Shown in pieces: positions 29,931 through 38,500 of a stretch of DNA of 64,000 bases. Each line of letters opens with the position of its first letter. The stretch's first letter is position 1. This DNA is from Inhella sp. (GTDB lineage: Bacteria > Pseudomonadota > Gammaproteobacteria > Burkholderiales > Burkholderiaceae_C), in assembly GCA_041919015.1 (NCBI GenBank), contig JAYRUQ010000002.1, positions 42,943-106,942 of the forward strand, in the 5' to 3' direction. A program made the translations under genes and the position numbers. The notes beneath the pieces are model-generated. The model saw only the letters and a list, made by a program, of their open reading frames with translations. It was not told the origin of the DNA and searched no databases.

Positions 29931-31826
29931 TCAGCGGCTGTGCGAGGTCAGCGAGGCCAGTGAGGCGAGGCTGACGCCGGGTGTGGTGGCGCGCGCCGCG
30001 CGGGGCAGGGGCGGCAGGGCGGTCTCGTCGAGCTGCTCGAGCGGCTCGGGCTGGGCCACGCCGCGGCGCATCGCCAACCCGACCGCCAGGATGTCGACCA
30101 CCAGCAGGTGCAGGATGCGGCCGACCATCGGCAGATGGGTGCTGACGTCTTCCAGGTGGTCGACCAGCAGCGCCACGTCGGCCTTCTTCACCAGCGGGCT
30201 CTGGCTGGCGGTGATGGCCAGCACCTTGGCGCCGCGCGCGCGCGCCAGATCGGCCACCTCCAGCAGTTCGGGCAGGCGGCCGGCGCTGCTGACGATCAAG
30301 GCCACGTCGCCGGTCCCCAGCACCTGGGCAGCGAGTTGCTGCAGGCGCGGGTCGACGTAGCAGCTCGACGGCAGGCCGAAGCGCAGCAGCTTGTACTGCG
30401 CGTCCTGCGCCACCACGCCGTACTGGCCGATGGCGTAGCAGTCGATGCGCCGCGCCTGGGCCAGCAGGTCGACCGCGCGGTCGATGGTCTCGCGGTTGAG
30501 CTGGCTGCGCACCTGCAGGATGGCGCTGGCCGTGTTGCCCAGCACCTTGGCGCCGAGCTCCACCGTGCTGTCGTCCTCGGTGACCTTGGTGTGCGTGACC
30601 GGCACCGTGCCGGTCAAGCCCGAAGCCAGGCGCAGCTTGAAGTCCGACAGTCCCTCGCAGCCCATGCTGCGGCAGAAGCGGATCACGGTGGGCTGGCTGA
30701 CCCCCGACGCTCGGGCGATTTCCACAATCGGGTCCGACAGCACCGCGCGTGGTCGCGCCAGCACCTGATCGGCAACGCGTTGTTCGGCCGGCGTCAGGTT
30801 GCCCTTGGCGCGGCGGATCTGCCCGAGGATGGCGGCCCCCGGACCCTGCTGCAGCTTGCGCAGCTGGGCTTCCAGGATGGCCGACACGCCGCGGAAAGTG
30901 GCCTGTTCGGCGGTGATCACATAGGTCGGGATGGCGCCCACGTACTCGCTGAAGCGCCCGCGCTCCTCGAAGCGGCGGCGAAACGGCGAGCGCTCGAACA
31001 GCGTGCCCAGGCGCGGCACGATGCCGCCGCCGACGAACACGCCGCCACGCGCGCCCAGGGTCACCGCCAGGTTGCCGGCCGCGGTGCCGAGCAAGGCGCA
31101 GAACACCTCCACCGTCTCGAGCGCCAGCGCATCGCTGCCATCCAGCGCCGCCTGGGTGATCTCGGGCGCCTGCAGCGGCGCGGCCGCGGCGCCGTGCAAT
31201 TCGGCCAGTGCGCGGTAGATCAGCGCCAGGCCCGGGCCGGACAGCAGGCGTTCGAAGGAGACATGCGAGAACTCGCGCCAGGCATAGCGCAGGATGGCGA
31301 TCTCGCGCTCGTCGCGCGGGCTGAAGCTGGTGTGGCCGCCCTCGGTGCCCAGCGCGATCCAGCCGTCGCCGGCCGGAATCAGCCCGGACACGCCCAGACC
31401 GGAACCGGACCCCAGCAGACCGATCACCTGGTTGGGCAGCCCCGTGCCGCCGCCCACCTGCTGGCGCTCGTGCACCGCCAGTCGGGGCAAGGCCTGCGCC
31501 AGCGCGGTGAAGTCGTTCACCACCACCAGGGTCTCGAGCCCCAGTTGCTGGCGCATCTCCTCGATGCTGAATTGCCAGTGGTAGTTGGTCATGCGCACCC
31601 GGTCGCCTTCGACCGGGTTGGCGATGGCCACGCCGGCGTGGGCCACCTCGAACTCCGCGCCCGGCGGCAGGGTGTCCAGGTAGGCGCGCACCGCCGCATG
31701 AAAGTCGCCGTGCTCGGCGCAGCGCAAGGACGCCGCATGCTCCCAGCAACCGGCCTCGCGCTCGATGGCGAAACGCGCGTAGGTGCCGCCGATGTCGGCC
31801 AGCAGTCGGGGACGGTCGAAAGACAT
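29931..31826 (-). CDS. glk: Bifunctional glucokinase / RpiR(HexR)-family regulator (Glk-HTH-SIS)
   Basis: LLADIGGT, VNDF, GSGLG, EGGH, GGGIVP, followed by HTH GVSQPTVIRFCRSMG and a SIS domain. Confidence 0.92.
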   Translation of the reverse strand: MSFDRPRLLADIGGTYARFAIEREAGCWEHAASLRCAEHGDFHAAVRAYLDTLPPGAEFEVAHAGVAIANPVEGDRVRMTNYHWQFSIEEMRQQLGLETLVVVNDFTALAQALPRLAVHERQQVGGGTGLPNQVIGLLGSGSGLGVSGLIPAGDGWIALGTEGGHTSFSPRDEREIAILRYAWREFSHVSFERLLSGPGLALIYRALAELHGAAAAPLQAPEITQAALDGSDALALETVEVFCALLGTAAGNLAVTLGARGGVFVGGGIVPRLGTLFERSPFRRRFEERGRFSEYVGAIPTYVITAEQATFRGVSAILEAQLRKLQQGPGAAILGQIRRAKGNLTPAEQRVADQVLARPRAVLSDPIVEIARASGVSQPTVIRFCRSMGCEGLSDFKLRLASGLTGTVPVTHTKVTEDDSTVELGAKVLGNTASAILQVRSQLNRETIDRAVDLLAQARRIDCYAIGQYGVVAQDAQYKLLRFGLPSSCYVDPRLQQLAAQVLGTGDVALIVSSAGRLPELLEVADLARARGAKVLAITASQSPLVKKADVALLVDHLEDVSTHLPMVGRILHLLVVDILAVGLAMRRGVAQPEPLEQLDETALPPLPRAARATTPGVSLASLASLTSHSR

Positions 31827-31916
31827 GCGCTGTTGGAGAGTTACAGGGTGCGATTATCAGCCGCCGGGAAACGCGGCCGCTCCGTCCCATCTCGGGGACA
31901 AGCCCGCTGCCGGGTG

Positions 31917-31931
31917 TGTAAGCGGACTACA
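31917..31931. promoter_or_regulatory. HexR-like operator TGTAAGCGGACTACA
   Basis: TGTA-N7-TACA between the divergent glucokinase genes. Confidence 0.6.
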
Positions 31932-32014
31932 TATTCAGGCGCAGGTTTGGGGCGGCGATTCGATTTCTCGCAGGCTTGCCTCCCAGCTATCGAAGTCCCG
32001 GCTTGTTCCATCTT

Positions 32015-32029
32015 TGTAGTTTTGCTACC
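32015..32029. promoter_or_regulatory. HexR-like operator TGTAGTTTTGCTACC
   Basis: Near match to TGTAGT-N3-ACTACA. Confidence 0.55.
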
Positions 32030-32087
32030 GTACGCCCATTCATCCCAGCGCCCGGCTGATCCGGCGGGCGGTCGCGCCAGCCCATCC

Positions 32088-33116
32088 ATGCCCGATTCCG
32101 ACCTCAGTTCTCATGGCGCCGTCGCAGGCGTTGCCTCCTATCCCTGGCTGCTGGCGGACATTGGCGGCAGCAACGCGCGCTTTGCCTGGGTGCCGCACCC
32201 GGGGGCGCTGCCGCAGCATGTGCGCACGCTGGCGGTGGCCGAGTACCCCCAGCTGCTGGATGCGGCGCGGGCCTATCTGGACGGGCTGCAGCACGCTGGG
32301 GTGTGCGGCGAGGCCCGTCCGAGGAGCGCGGCGTTTGCCGTCGCCACCGTGACGGGGGGTGAGCGCGTCGAGTTCACCAACAGCCCGTGGAATTTTTCGC
32401 CGCGTCTGATGAGCCAGCAACTCGGGCTCGAGCGCCCGCTGCAGGTGCTCAACGACTTCGAGGCGCTGGCGCTGTCGCTGCCGCGCCTGCGCGAGTCGCA
32501 GTGGCGCTCGCTGGACGCGCGCAAGCCGCGCTTCGACGCGCCGGTTGCGGTGGTGGGGCCCGGCACCGGCCTGGGTGTGGCGGGGCTGATGCCCCTGGCC
32601 AAGGGCTGGTTGGCGGTGCCCGGCGAGGGCGGTCACGCGACCCTTGCGCCCGCCGATCCTTTCGAGGCCGCCCTGGTGGCGGCGGCCTGGCCGCAACACG
32701 CCCATGTCTCGGCCGAGCGCTTCCTGTCGGGCATCGGCCTGCCGGTGCTGTACCGCGCGATGGCGGCGGTGCGCGGCGAGCGTGCGCTGGAGGAGATCGA
32801 TGCGCGCTGGATCGTTGAGCGCGCGCTGGCCGATGACGATGCCCTGGCGCGTGCCACGGTGATGCAGTTCTGCGCGATGTTGGGCGGTTTTGCCGGCTCC
32901 TTGGCCCTGACCTTCGGCGCGCGCGGCGGCCTCTTCATCGGCGGCGGCATCGTGCCGCGGCTCGGAGGCTTGTTCGAGCGCTCCGAGTTCCGTCGTCGCT
33001 TTGAGGCCAAGGGCCGCTTCGAGGACTACCTGCGCGAGGTCCCGGTGCTGCTGGTGGTCGACACCCTGGCGGCCCTGGATGGGGCCGCTCAGGCGCTGGA
33101 ACAGGCGGCAGCCTGA
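32088..33116 (+). CDS. glk: Glucokinase (stand-alone paralog)
   Basis: LLADIGGSNARF, LNDFEA, GPGTGLG, GEGGH, SAERFLSG, RFEAKGRF. Confidence 0.92.
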   Translation: MPDSDLSSHGAVAGVASYPWLLADIGGSNARFAWVPHPGALPQHVRTLAVAEYPQLLDAARAYLDGLQHAGVCGEARPRSAAFAVATVTGGERVEFTNSPWNFSPRLMSQQLGLERPLQVLNDFEALALSLPRLRESQWRSLDARKPRFDAPVAVVGPGTGLGVAGLMPLAKGWLAVPGEGGHATLAPADPFEAALVAAAWPQHAHVSAERFLSGIGLPVLYRAMAAVRGERALEEIDARWIVERALADDDALARATVMQFCAMLGGFAGSLALTFGARGGLFIGGGIVPRLGGLFERSEFRRRFEAKGRFEDYLREVPVLLVVDTLAALDGAAQALEQAAA

Positions 33117-33177
33117 ACAGGGCGCCTGCCCTGGCGCGGCAGGGTGCAGGCGGTTTGCGTCGGATTCGGGTGTGACG

Positions 33178-33192
33178 TGTAGTTTGGCTACA
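33178..33192. promoter_or_regulatory. HexR-like operator TGTAGTTTGGCTACA
   Basis: Dyad upstream of the TonB-dependent receptor. Confidence 0.65.
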
Positions 33193-33330
33193 CGCCGCCT
33201 GATCCTGGGGTGCGGAAATCGGCGATTCAAGGGTAATTGCCCTTGGGGAAAACGCTGTATCCGTGGCGATATGGCGACGGAATCTGCGAGGAATCAGGGG
33301 TTTGCGCGAATCCCAGGCGCTGGAGATCGA

Positions 33331-33345
33331 TCTAGTTTTAGTACA
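33331..33345. promoter_or_regulatory. Degenerate HexR-like operator TCTAGTTTTAGTACA
   Basis: Two mismatches to TGTAGT-N3-ACTACA, in an AT-rich promoter region. Confidence 0.45.
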
Positions 33346-33437
33346 AAATTGTTTCCCGGTTCTACCCGTTTCATGCGGTCCCTGAGGTGGGCTCAGGAGA
33401 CCGCGTGTTGTTTTCCCACAGCTTAGGAGTGCGAAGC

Positions 33438-36170
33438 ATGAAGACTTCCAGCGGACGCGATCTGTTCAAGGTCAATGCCGTAACCGCAGGTTGCCTGGTG
33501 GCGCTGCTGGCCACCGGCGCGGCACAGGCGCAGCAACAGGCGCTCGACACCATCGTCGTGACCGGTATCCGCAAGGGCATCGAAGACGCGATTTCGGTCA
33601 AGAAGAACAAGGACAGCATCGTCGAGGCCATCAGCGCCGAGGACATCGGCAAGCTGCCCGACTCGTCGATCGCCGAGTCGATCGCGCGCCTGCCGGGTGT
33701 GACCGCCCAGCGCGTTGCCGGTCGTGCCTCGAACATCAGCATCCGCGGCATGTCGGGTGACTTCTCGACCGCGCTGCTCAACGGCCGCGAACAGGTCTCC
33801 ACCGGCGACAACCGTGGCGTGGAGTTCGACCAGTACCCGTCGGAGCTGCTGTCGGGCGTGGTCATCTACAAGACCCCGGACGGTGAACTGATCGGCCAGG
33901 GCCTGTCGGGTACGGTGGACCTGCAGACCGTGCGTCCGCTGAACTTCAAGACCCGCTTCATCGGCGCCAACGCGCGGGTCGAGAAGTCGGGCATCGGCAC
34001 CGAGTTCGAGGGCGACGGCAAGCGCCTCAATTTCAGCTACATCGACCAATTCGCCAACCGCACCTTCGGCGTGGCCTTCGGTGTCGCGCGCCTGCAATCG
34101 GACGTGACCACCGGCCGCAAGGAAACCTACGGCACCACCAACACCGTTCGCTTCAATGCCGACTCGGGCCAGATCTGCGCCGGCTGGAAGAGCGAGGGCG
34201 ACTGCCGCGGCTTCCTCGGCCTGCCCGACACGGCAGCCTTCGAGACCATCACGGTCAACAACGGTTTCAAGTATTTCAACGACAGCACCGACCAGACCCG
34301 CGACGGCGCCATGGGCGTGCTGGAGTGGAAGCCGAGCAAGAGCGTGCATGCCGTGCTCGACATGTACTACTCGAAGTTCGAGCGCGACACCATCAAGCGC
34401 GGCCTGGAGATCCAGGTCGAGGACACCTGGCGCGGTTCGAAGGACGACGCCCGCTATCCGGGCTGGATCAACCCGGTCATCCAGGGTGGCCGCCTGATCA
34501 GCGCCACCTGGACCAACGTCAACCCGCTGTCGCGCCACATCTGGGAGCCGCGCAACGACACGCTGAACTCCACCGGCCTGAACGTGAAGCTGGGTGACGG
34601 CAGCGGCTGGACCCTGACCACCGACCTGTCGTACTCGGCGGCCAAGCGCGACGAGCGCATCGTCGAGATCGAGGCCGGCATCCCGACGCCGGGCAAGGTC
34701 ACGGTGGCCAACTACGACCAGATCACGGGTCTCGAGTTCAACTACGCCGATCCGACCAAGGTCAAGCTGATGGACCCCGAGGGCTGGGGCCAGAACGGCT
34801 ACGACAAGACCATCGTCACCGACGACAAGATCCAGGCCCTGCGCCTGACGGCCAGCAAGGACCTCGAGGGCTTCTTCGACCGCCTCAACTTCGGTTTCAA
34901 CCAGACCACGCGCACCAAGGACAAGAGCGCCGACGAGTTCTTCCTGCGCCTGCCCGGGGGCGCGGGCTCGACGGCTGCGCTGCCGGCCGGTGCCGGTGCC
35001 GTGACGGTCGGTGGCACGGGCGGGCAGTTCAACGCCATCTCCTTCCACCCGTCGCAGGTCTACCCCAGCGCCTACAACCTGCAGCCCAACGTCGTCAGCG
35101 ACGTGTTGCTGAAGGGCTGGCGGATCAAGGAGGAAGTGAGCACGGCGTTCGCCAAGGCGAGCATCAACAGCGAGTTGCTGGGCATGCCGCTGCGCGGCAA
35201 CATCGGCGCGCAGCTGATGCACACCAACCAGAACGCCACCGCGCCGGACATCGACAACAGCAACGTCAACGGCTTCAGCATCCGCAACGCGGGCAAGAGC
35301 TACAACGACGTGCTGCCGAGCGCCAACCTGGTGCTCGACCTGGGTGGCGACCAGACCCTGCGTCTGGGCGCGGCCAAGGTGCTGGCCCGTGCGCGCATGG
35401 ACCAGTTGAGTGCGGCGCGTCGGGCCTCGGTGGGCGGCGACAACGTCTGGTCGGGTGACGGTGGCAACCCCGAGCTCGATCCCTTCCGTGCCACGGCGCT
35501 GGACATCAGCTACGAGAAGTACTGGGGCACCAAGGCCTATGTCAGCGCGGCCTTCTTCGACAAGCAGCTCGACAGCTACATCTTCGATTTCACCGACACC
35601 CGCTACGACTTCAGCGGTTTCGCCAACGGTTCCGGCCGGGTGCCCAACAGCAACATCGGTCGCTTCACCCAGCCGCGCAACGGCAAGGGCGGCTATGTGC
35701 GCGGTATCGAAGTGGCCGCGTCGCTGCCTCTGGATCGTCTGTGGTCGCCGCTGTCGGGCTTCGGCATCGTCGGTTCGTACGCCGACACCAAGAGCGAGAT
35801 CAAGCCCTTCGGTGACGCCGATACGCGTCCGCTGCCGGGTCTGTCGCGCAAGGTCGGCAACCTGACCTTCTACTACGAGGCGCATGGTTTCCAGGCCCGC
35901 GTGTCGAACCGCTACCGCTCGGACTTCCTCGGCGAGGTGCAGGGCTTCGGTGCCAACCGCGAGTACACCTTCGTCAAGGGCGAGAGCATCATCGACGCGC
36001 AACTCGGCTACGAAGTGCAGTCGGGCATGCTCAAGGGCCTGTCGCTGCTGTTCCAGGTCAACAACCTGAACGACGAAGCCTTCCAGCGCTACAACCAGGG
36101 CACGGGCCAGATCATCGACACCATCAAGTACGGCAAGACCTACCTGATGGGCGTGACCTACAAGCTCTAA
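33438..36170 (+). CDS. TonB-dependent receptor, probably for maltodextrin/alpha-glucan
   Basis: AGGAG RBS, signal peptide, TonB box DTIVVTG, plug SAEDIGKLPDSSIAESIARLPG, GGNPELDP, VNNLND; substrate inferred from context. Confidence 0.9.
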   Translation: MKTSSGRDLFKVNAVTAGCLVALLATGAAQAQQQALDTIVVTGIRKGIEDAISVKKNKDSIVEAISAEDIGKLPDSSIAESIARLPGVTAQRVAGRASNISIRGMSGDFSTALLNGREQVSTGDNRGVEFDQYPSELLSGVVIYKTPDGELIGQGLSGTVDLQTVRPLNFKTRFIGANARVEKSGIGTEFEGDGKRLNFSYIDQFANRTFGVAFGVARLQSDVTTGRKETYGTTNTVRFNADSGQICAGWKSEGDCRGFLGLPDTAAFETITVNNGFKYFNDSTDQTRDGAMGVLEWKPSKSVHAVLDMYYSKFERDTIKRGLEIQVEDTWRGSKDDARYPGWINPVIQGGRLISATWTNVNPLSRHIWEPRNDTLNSTGLNVKLGDGSGWTLTTDLSYSAAKRDERIVEIEAGIPTPGKVTVANYDQITGLEFNYADPTKVKLMDPEGWGQNGYDKTIVTDDKIQALRLTASKDLEGFFDRLNFGFNQTTRTKDKSADEFFLRLPGGAGSTAALPAGAGAVTVGGTGGQFNAISFHPSQVYPSAYNLQPNVVSDVLLKGWRIKEEVSTAFAKASINSELLGMPLRGNIGAQLMHTNQNATAPDIDNSNVNGFSIRNAGKSYNDVLPSANLVLDLGGDQTLRLGAAKVLARARMDQLSAARRASVGGDNVWSGDGGNPELDPFRATALDISYEKYWGTKAYVSAAFFDKQLDSYIFDFTDTRYDFSGFANGSGRVPNSNIGRFTQPRNGKGGYVRGIEVAASLPLDRLWSPLSGFGIVGSYADTKSEIKPFGDADTRPLPGLSRKVGNLTFYYEAHGFQARVSNRYRSDFLGEVQGFGANREYTFVKGESIIDAQLGYEVQSGMLKGLSLLFQVNNLNDEAFQRYNQGTGQIIDTIKYGKTYLMGVTYKL

Positions 36171-36207
36171 TCGGCTGCGCCAGCGGCGCTCGCCCGAGTG
36201 CCCCTGC

Positions 36208-36241
36208 AACCCCCGCCGGCGCCCGCGCTGGCGGGGGTTTT
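36208..36241 (+). terminator. Rho-independent terminator-like hairpin after the receptor
   Basis: AACCCCCGCCGGCG...CGCTGGCGGGGGTT followed by a short T run. Confidence 0.7.
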
Positions 36242-36275
36242 CTACTGAAGAACCTGCACGCAACGAAGCCCCGCC

Positions 36276-37811
36276 ATGGAAGTCCAAGCGCACCCCCAAC
36301 ACATCCGCAACATCGTCATCGTCGGCGGTGGCACGGCCGGCTGGATGACGGCCGCCGCACTCGCCAAGGTCTGTACCGGGCCTTGGACCATCAAGCTGGT
36401 GGAGAGTCAGGACATCGGCACCATTGGCGTGGGTGAGGCGACCATCCCGCTGATCAACATCTACAACGAGGCGCTGGAACTGGACGAGAACCAGTTCATG
36501 CGCGAGACCCAGGCCACCTTCAAGCTGGGCATCGAGTTCGTCAACTGGGGGCGCATCGGCGACAGCTACATCCACGGCTTCGGTCCGCTCGGTCCCGACA
36601 TGGGCACCACGCGCTTTCACCAGTTCTGGCTGAAGGGTCGCAAGTCCGGTTTCGCCGCGCCGCTGGAGCGCTATTCGGTCAACACGGTGGCCGCGCGTTC
36701 GCACAAATTCATGCGCAAGAAGAAGGACATGCCGAACTCGCCGATGGGCGAGATCACGCACGCCTTCCACCTCGACGCGCACCTCTACGCTCAGTTCCTG
36801 CGTCGCTACGCGGAGGCCAGGGGCGTGCAGCGCATCGAGGGCATGATCCGAGGCGCCACGCAGAACGGCGAGACGGGATTCATCGAGACCCTGGTGCTGA
36901 CCGACGGTCGCGCCATCGAGGGCGATCTCTTCATCGACTGCTCGGGCTTCCGCGGCCTGCTCATCGAGGAGGTACTCAAGACCGGCTACGAAGACTGGTC
37001 GCACTACCTGCCGATGAACCGCGCCTGGGCCGTGCCCTGTTCGAGCGTCGAGCCGCTGCTGCCCTACACACGCGCCACCGCCCGCCAGGCCGGCTGGCAA
37101 TGGCGCATTCCGCTGCAGCACCGCATCGGCAACGGGCATGTGTTCTGCAGCGATTTCATCGGTGAGCAGGAAGCCGCCGACGTGCTGATGGCCAACCTCG
37201 ACGGCAAGGCCCTGGCCGATCCGCGCCTGCTCAGGTTCACCACCGGCAAGCGCAAGAAGCTGTGGAACAAGAACGTCATTGCCAACGGACTGGCCAGCGG
37301 CTTCCTGGAGCCCATGGAGTCGACCAGCATCCACCTCGTGCAGGCCACCATCGCCAGGCTCGCCACGCTGTTCCCCGACAAGAGCTTCGCGCAGGCCGAT
37401 GTGGATGAATTCAACCGCCAGTCCGACTTCGACTACGAGAAGATCCGCGACTTCCTGATCCTGCACTACAAGGCCACCGAGCGCGACGACTCGCCGTTCT
37501 GGCAGCGCTGCCGCGACATGGAGATTCCCGCCTCGCTGCAGCAGAAGCTGGACATCTGGAAGGCCCATGGCCGCGTGTTCCGCGAATCCACCGAGTTGTT
37601 CTCCGAGATTTCCTGGCTCGAGGTGCTGCTGGGCCAGCGCGTCTACCCACGCTCCTACAACCCGCTGGTCGACGCGATGTCCGACGACAAGGTGCGCGAG
37701 TTCCTCGACCGCGTGGAAGGCACCATCGACCGTTGCGTGCAGCACATGCCCCTGCACCGCCAGTACGTCCAGGATCAATGCGCGACGCCGGAGTTCGCCC
37801 GCAGCGCGTGA
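36276..37811 (+). CDS. Flavin-dependent halogenase (tryptophan halogenase family)
   Basis: GGGTAGW, GVGEAT, ATFKLGI (catalytic Lys), DCSGF, GWQWRIP (WxWxIP), FLEPMEST. Confidence 0.92.
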   Translation: MEVQAHPQHIRNIVIVGGGTAGWMTAAALAKVCTGPWTIKLVESQDIGTIGVGEATIPLINIYNEALELDENQFMRETQATFKLGIEFVNWGRIGDSYIHGFGPLGPDMGTTRFHQFWLKGRKSGFAAPLERYSVNTVAARSHKFMRKKKDMPNSPMGEITHAFHLDAHLYAQFLRRYAEARGVQRIEGMIRGATQNGETGFIETLVLTDGRAIEGDLFIDCSGFRGLLIEEVLKTGYEDWSHYLPMNRAWAVPCSSVEPLLPYTRATARQAGWQWRIPLQHRIGNGHVFCSDFIGEQEAADVLMANLDGKALADPRLLRFTTGKRKKLWNKNVIANGLASGFLEPMESTSIHLVQATIARLATLFPDKSFAQADVDEFNRQSDFDYEKIRDFLILHYKATERDDSPFWQRCRDMEIPASLQQKLDIWKAHGRVFRESTELFSEISWLEVLLGQRVYPRSYNPLVDAMSDDKVREFLDRVEGTIDRCVQHMPLHRQYVQDQCATPEFARSA

Positions 37812-38500
37812 ACCCGTCCGTGCAACGCGTCGACACCGGGGGCGATTGGCCCTGCGTGGTGCTGGACGCTGCCCTCGACGACCCGGAGGGTCTCGTCGAG
37901 CTCGCCGTGCAGCACCGGGGCGCCTTTGCACCCACGCGGGTCAATGCCTTTCCGGGGCCGGAGCTGCCGCTGCCGGACTCGGCCGTGCACGGTCTTGCAC
38001 AGCGCTTTGCGCCGCTGTTTGCCGCGGCCCTGGGTGTGGCGGGCTGCGTGGGTGGTCAAGGTCGGCTCTCGATGGTGACGCTGGCGCCCGCGGAACTGGC
38101 CCCGCTGCAGCGCGTCTGCCATCGGGATCGACTGGCTCGCGAAGCCGGCGAGCGCATCGTCGCCGCGGTGCTCTACCTGTTCCACGACGACGCGCTGGGG
38201 GGCACGAGCTTTTTTCGACCGCGCCAGACGCCGGAGCAGATCGAGGCGCTGATGCAGCGGCTGGCTGCCGCAAGCGACGCCGAGGCCGACGCGCTGCTTG
38301 GCGCCGAGCGCGCCTACCTCACGCAGGACAACGCCTACTTCGAACGCAGCGCGACCATCGCCGCCCGCTGGAACCGCGCCATCTTCTACGACGGCTACCA
38401 ATTTCACGGCAGCCACATCGACCAGCCGCTACGCCTGTGCGACGACCCGCGCCAGGGGCGGCTGACGCTCAACCTGTTTCTGCGTTGCCTACCCTCATGA
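37808..38500 (+). CDS. DUF6445-like protein (possible 2OG/Fe oxygenase fold)
   Basis: GTGA overlap; AFPG, CHRD (HxD), VLYLF, GGTSFF, WNRAIFYDG..FH, RLTLNLF. Confidence 0.7.
   Translation: MNPSVQRVDTGGDWPCVVLDAALDDPEGLVELAVQHRGAFAPTRVNAFPGPELPLPDSAVHGLAQRFAPLFAAALGVAGCVGGQGRLSMVTLAPAELAPLQRVCHRDRLAREAGERIVAAVLYLFHDDALGGTSFFRPRQTPEQIEALMQRLAAASDAEADALLGAERAYLTQDNAYFERSATIAARWNRAIFYDGYQFHGSHIDQPLRLCDDPRQGRLTLNLFLRCLPS

Noticed and set aside
29140-31890. Apparent fusion ORFs in the track (also 30108-33116, 37567-40434, 44032-47856, 22954-24906, 11210-12754)
   Set aside because: Upstream parts are out-of-frame read-through of neighbouring genes; real starts are internal
33245-33260. LacI-type operator GGGGAAAACGCTGTAT
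   Set aside because: Only one half matches and no LacI regulator is in the window
22954-37811. Halogenase and kynBUA as one halo-kynurenine pathway
   Set aside because: About 11 kb apart in separate transcription units; the halogenase sits behind sugar-type operators; proximity is the only link
33423-37931. 1502-aa minus-strand ORF
   Set aside because: Antisense shadow of the receptor and halogenase genes
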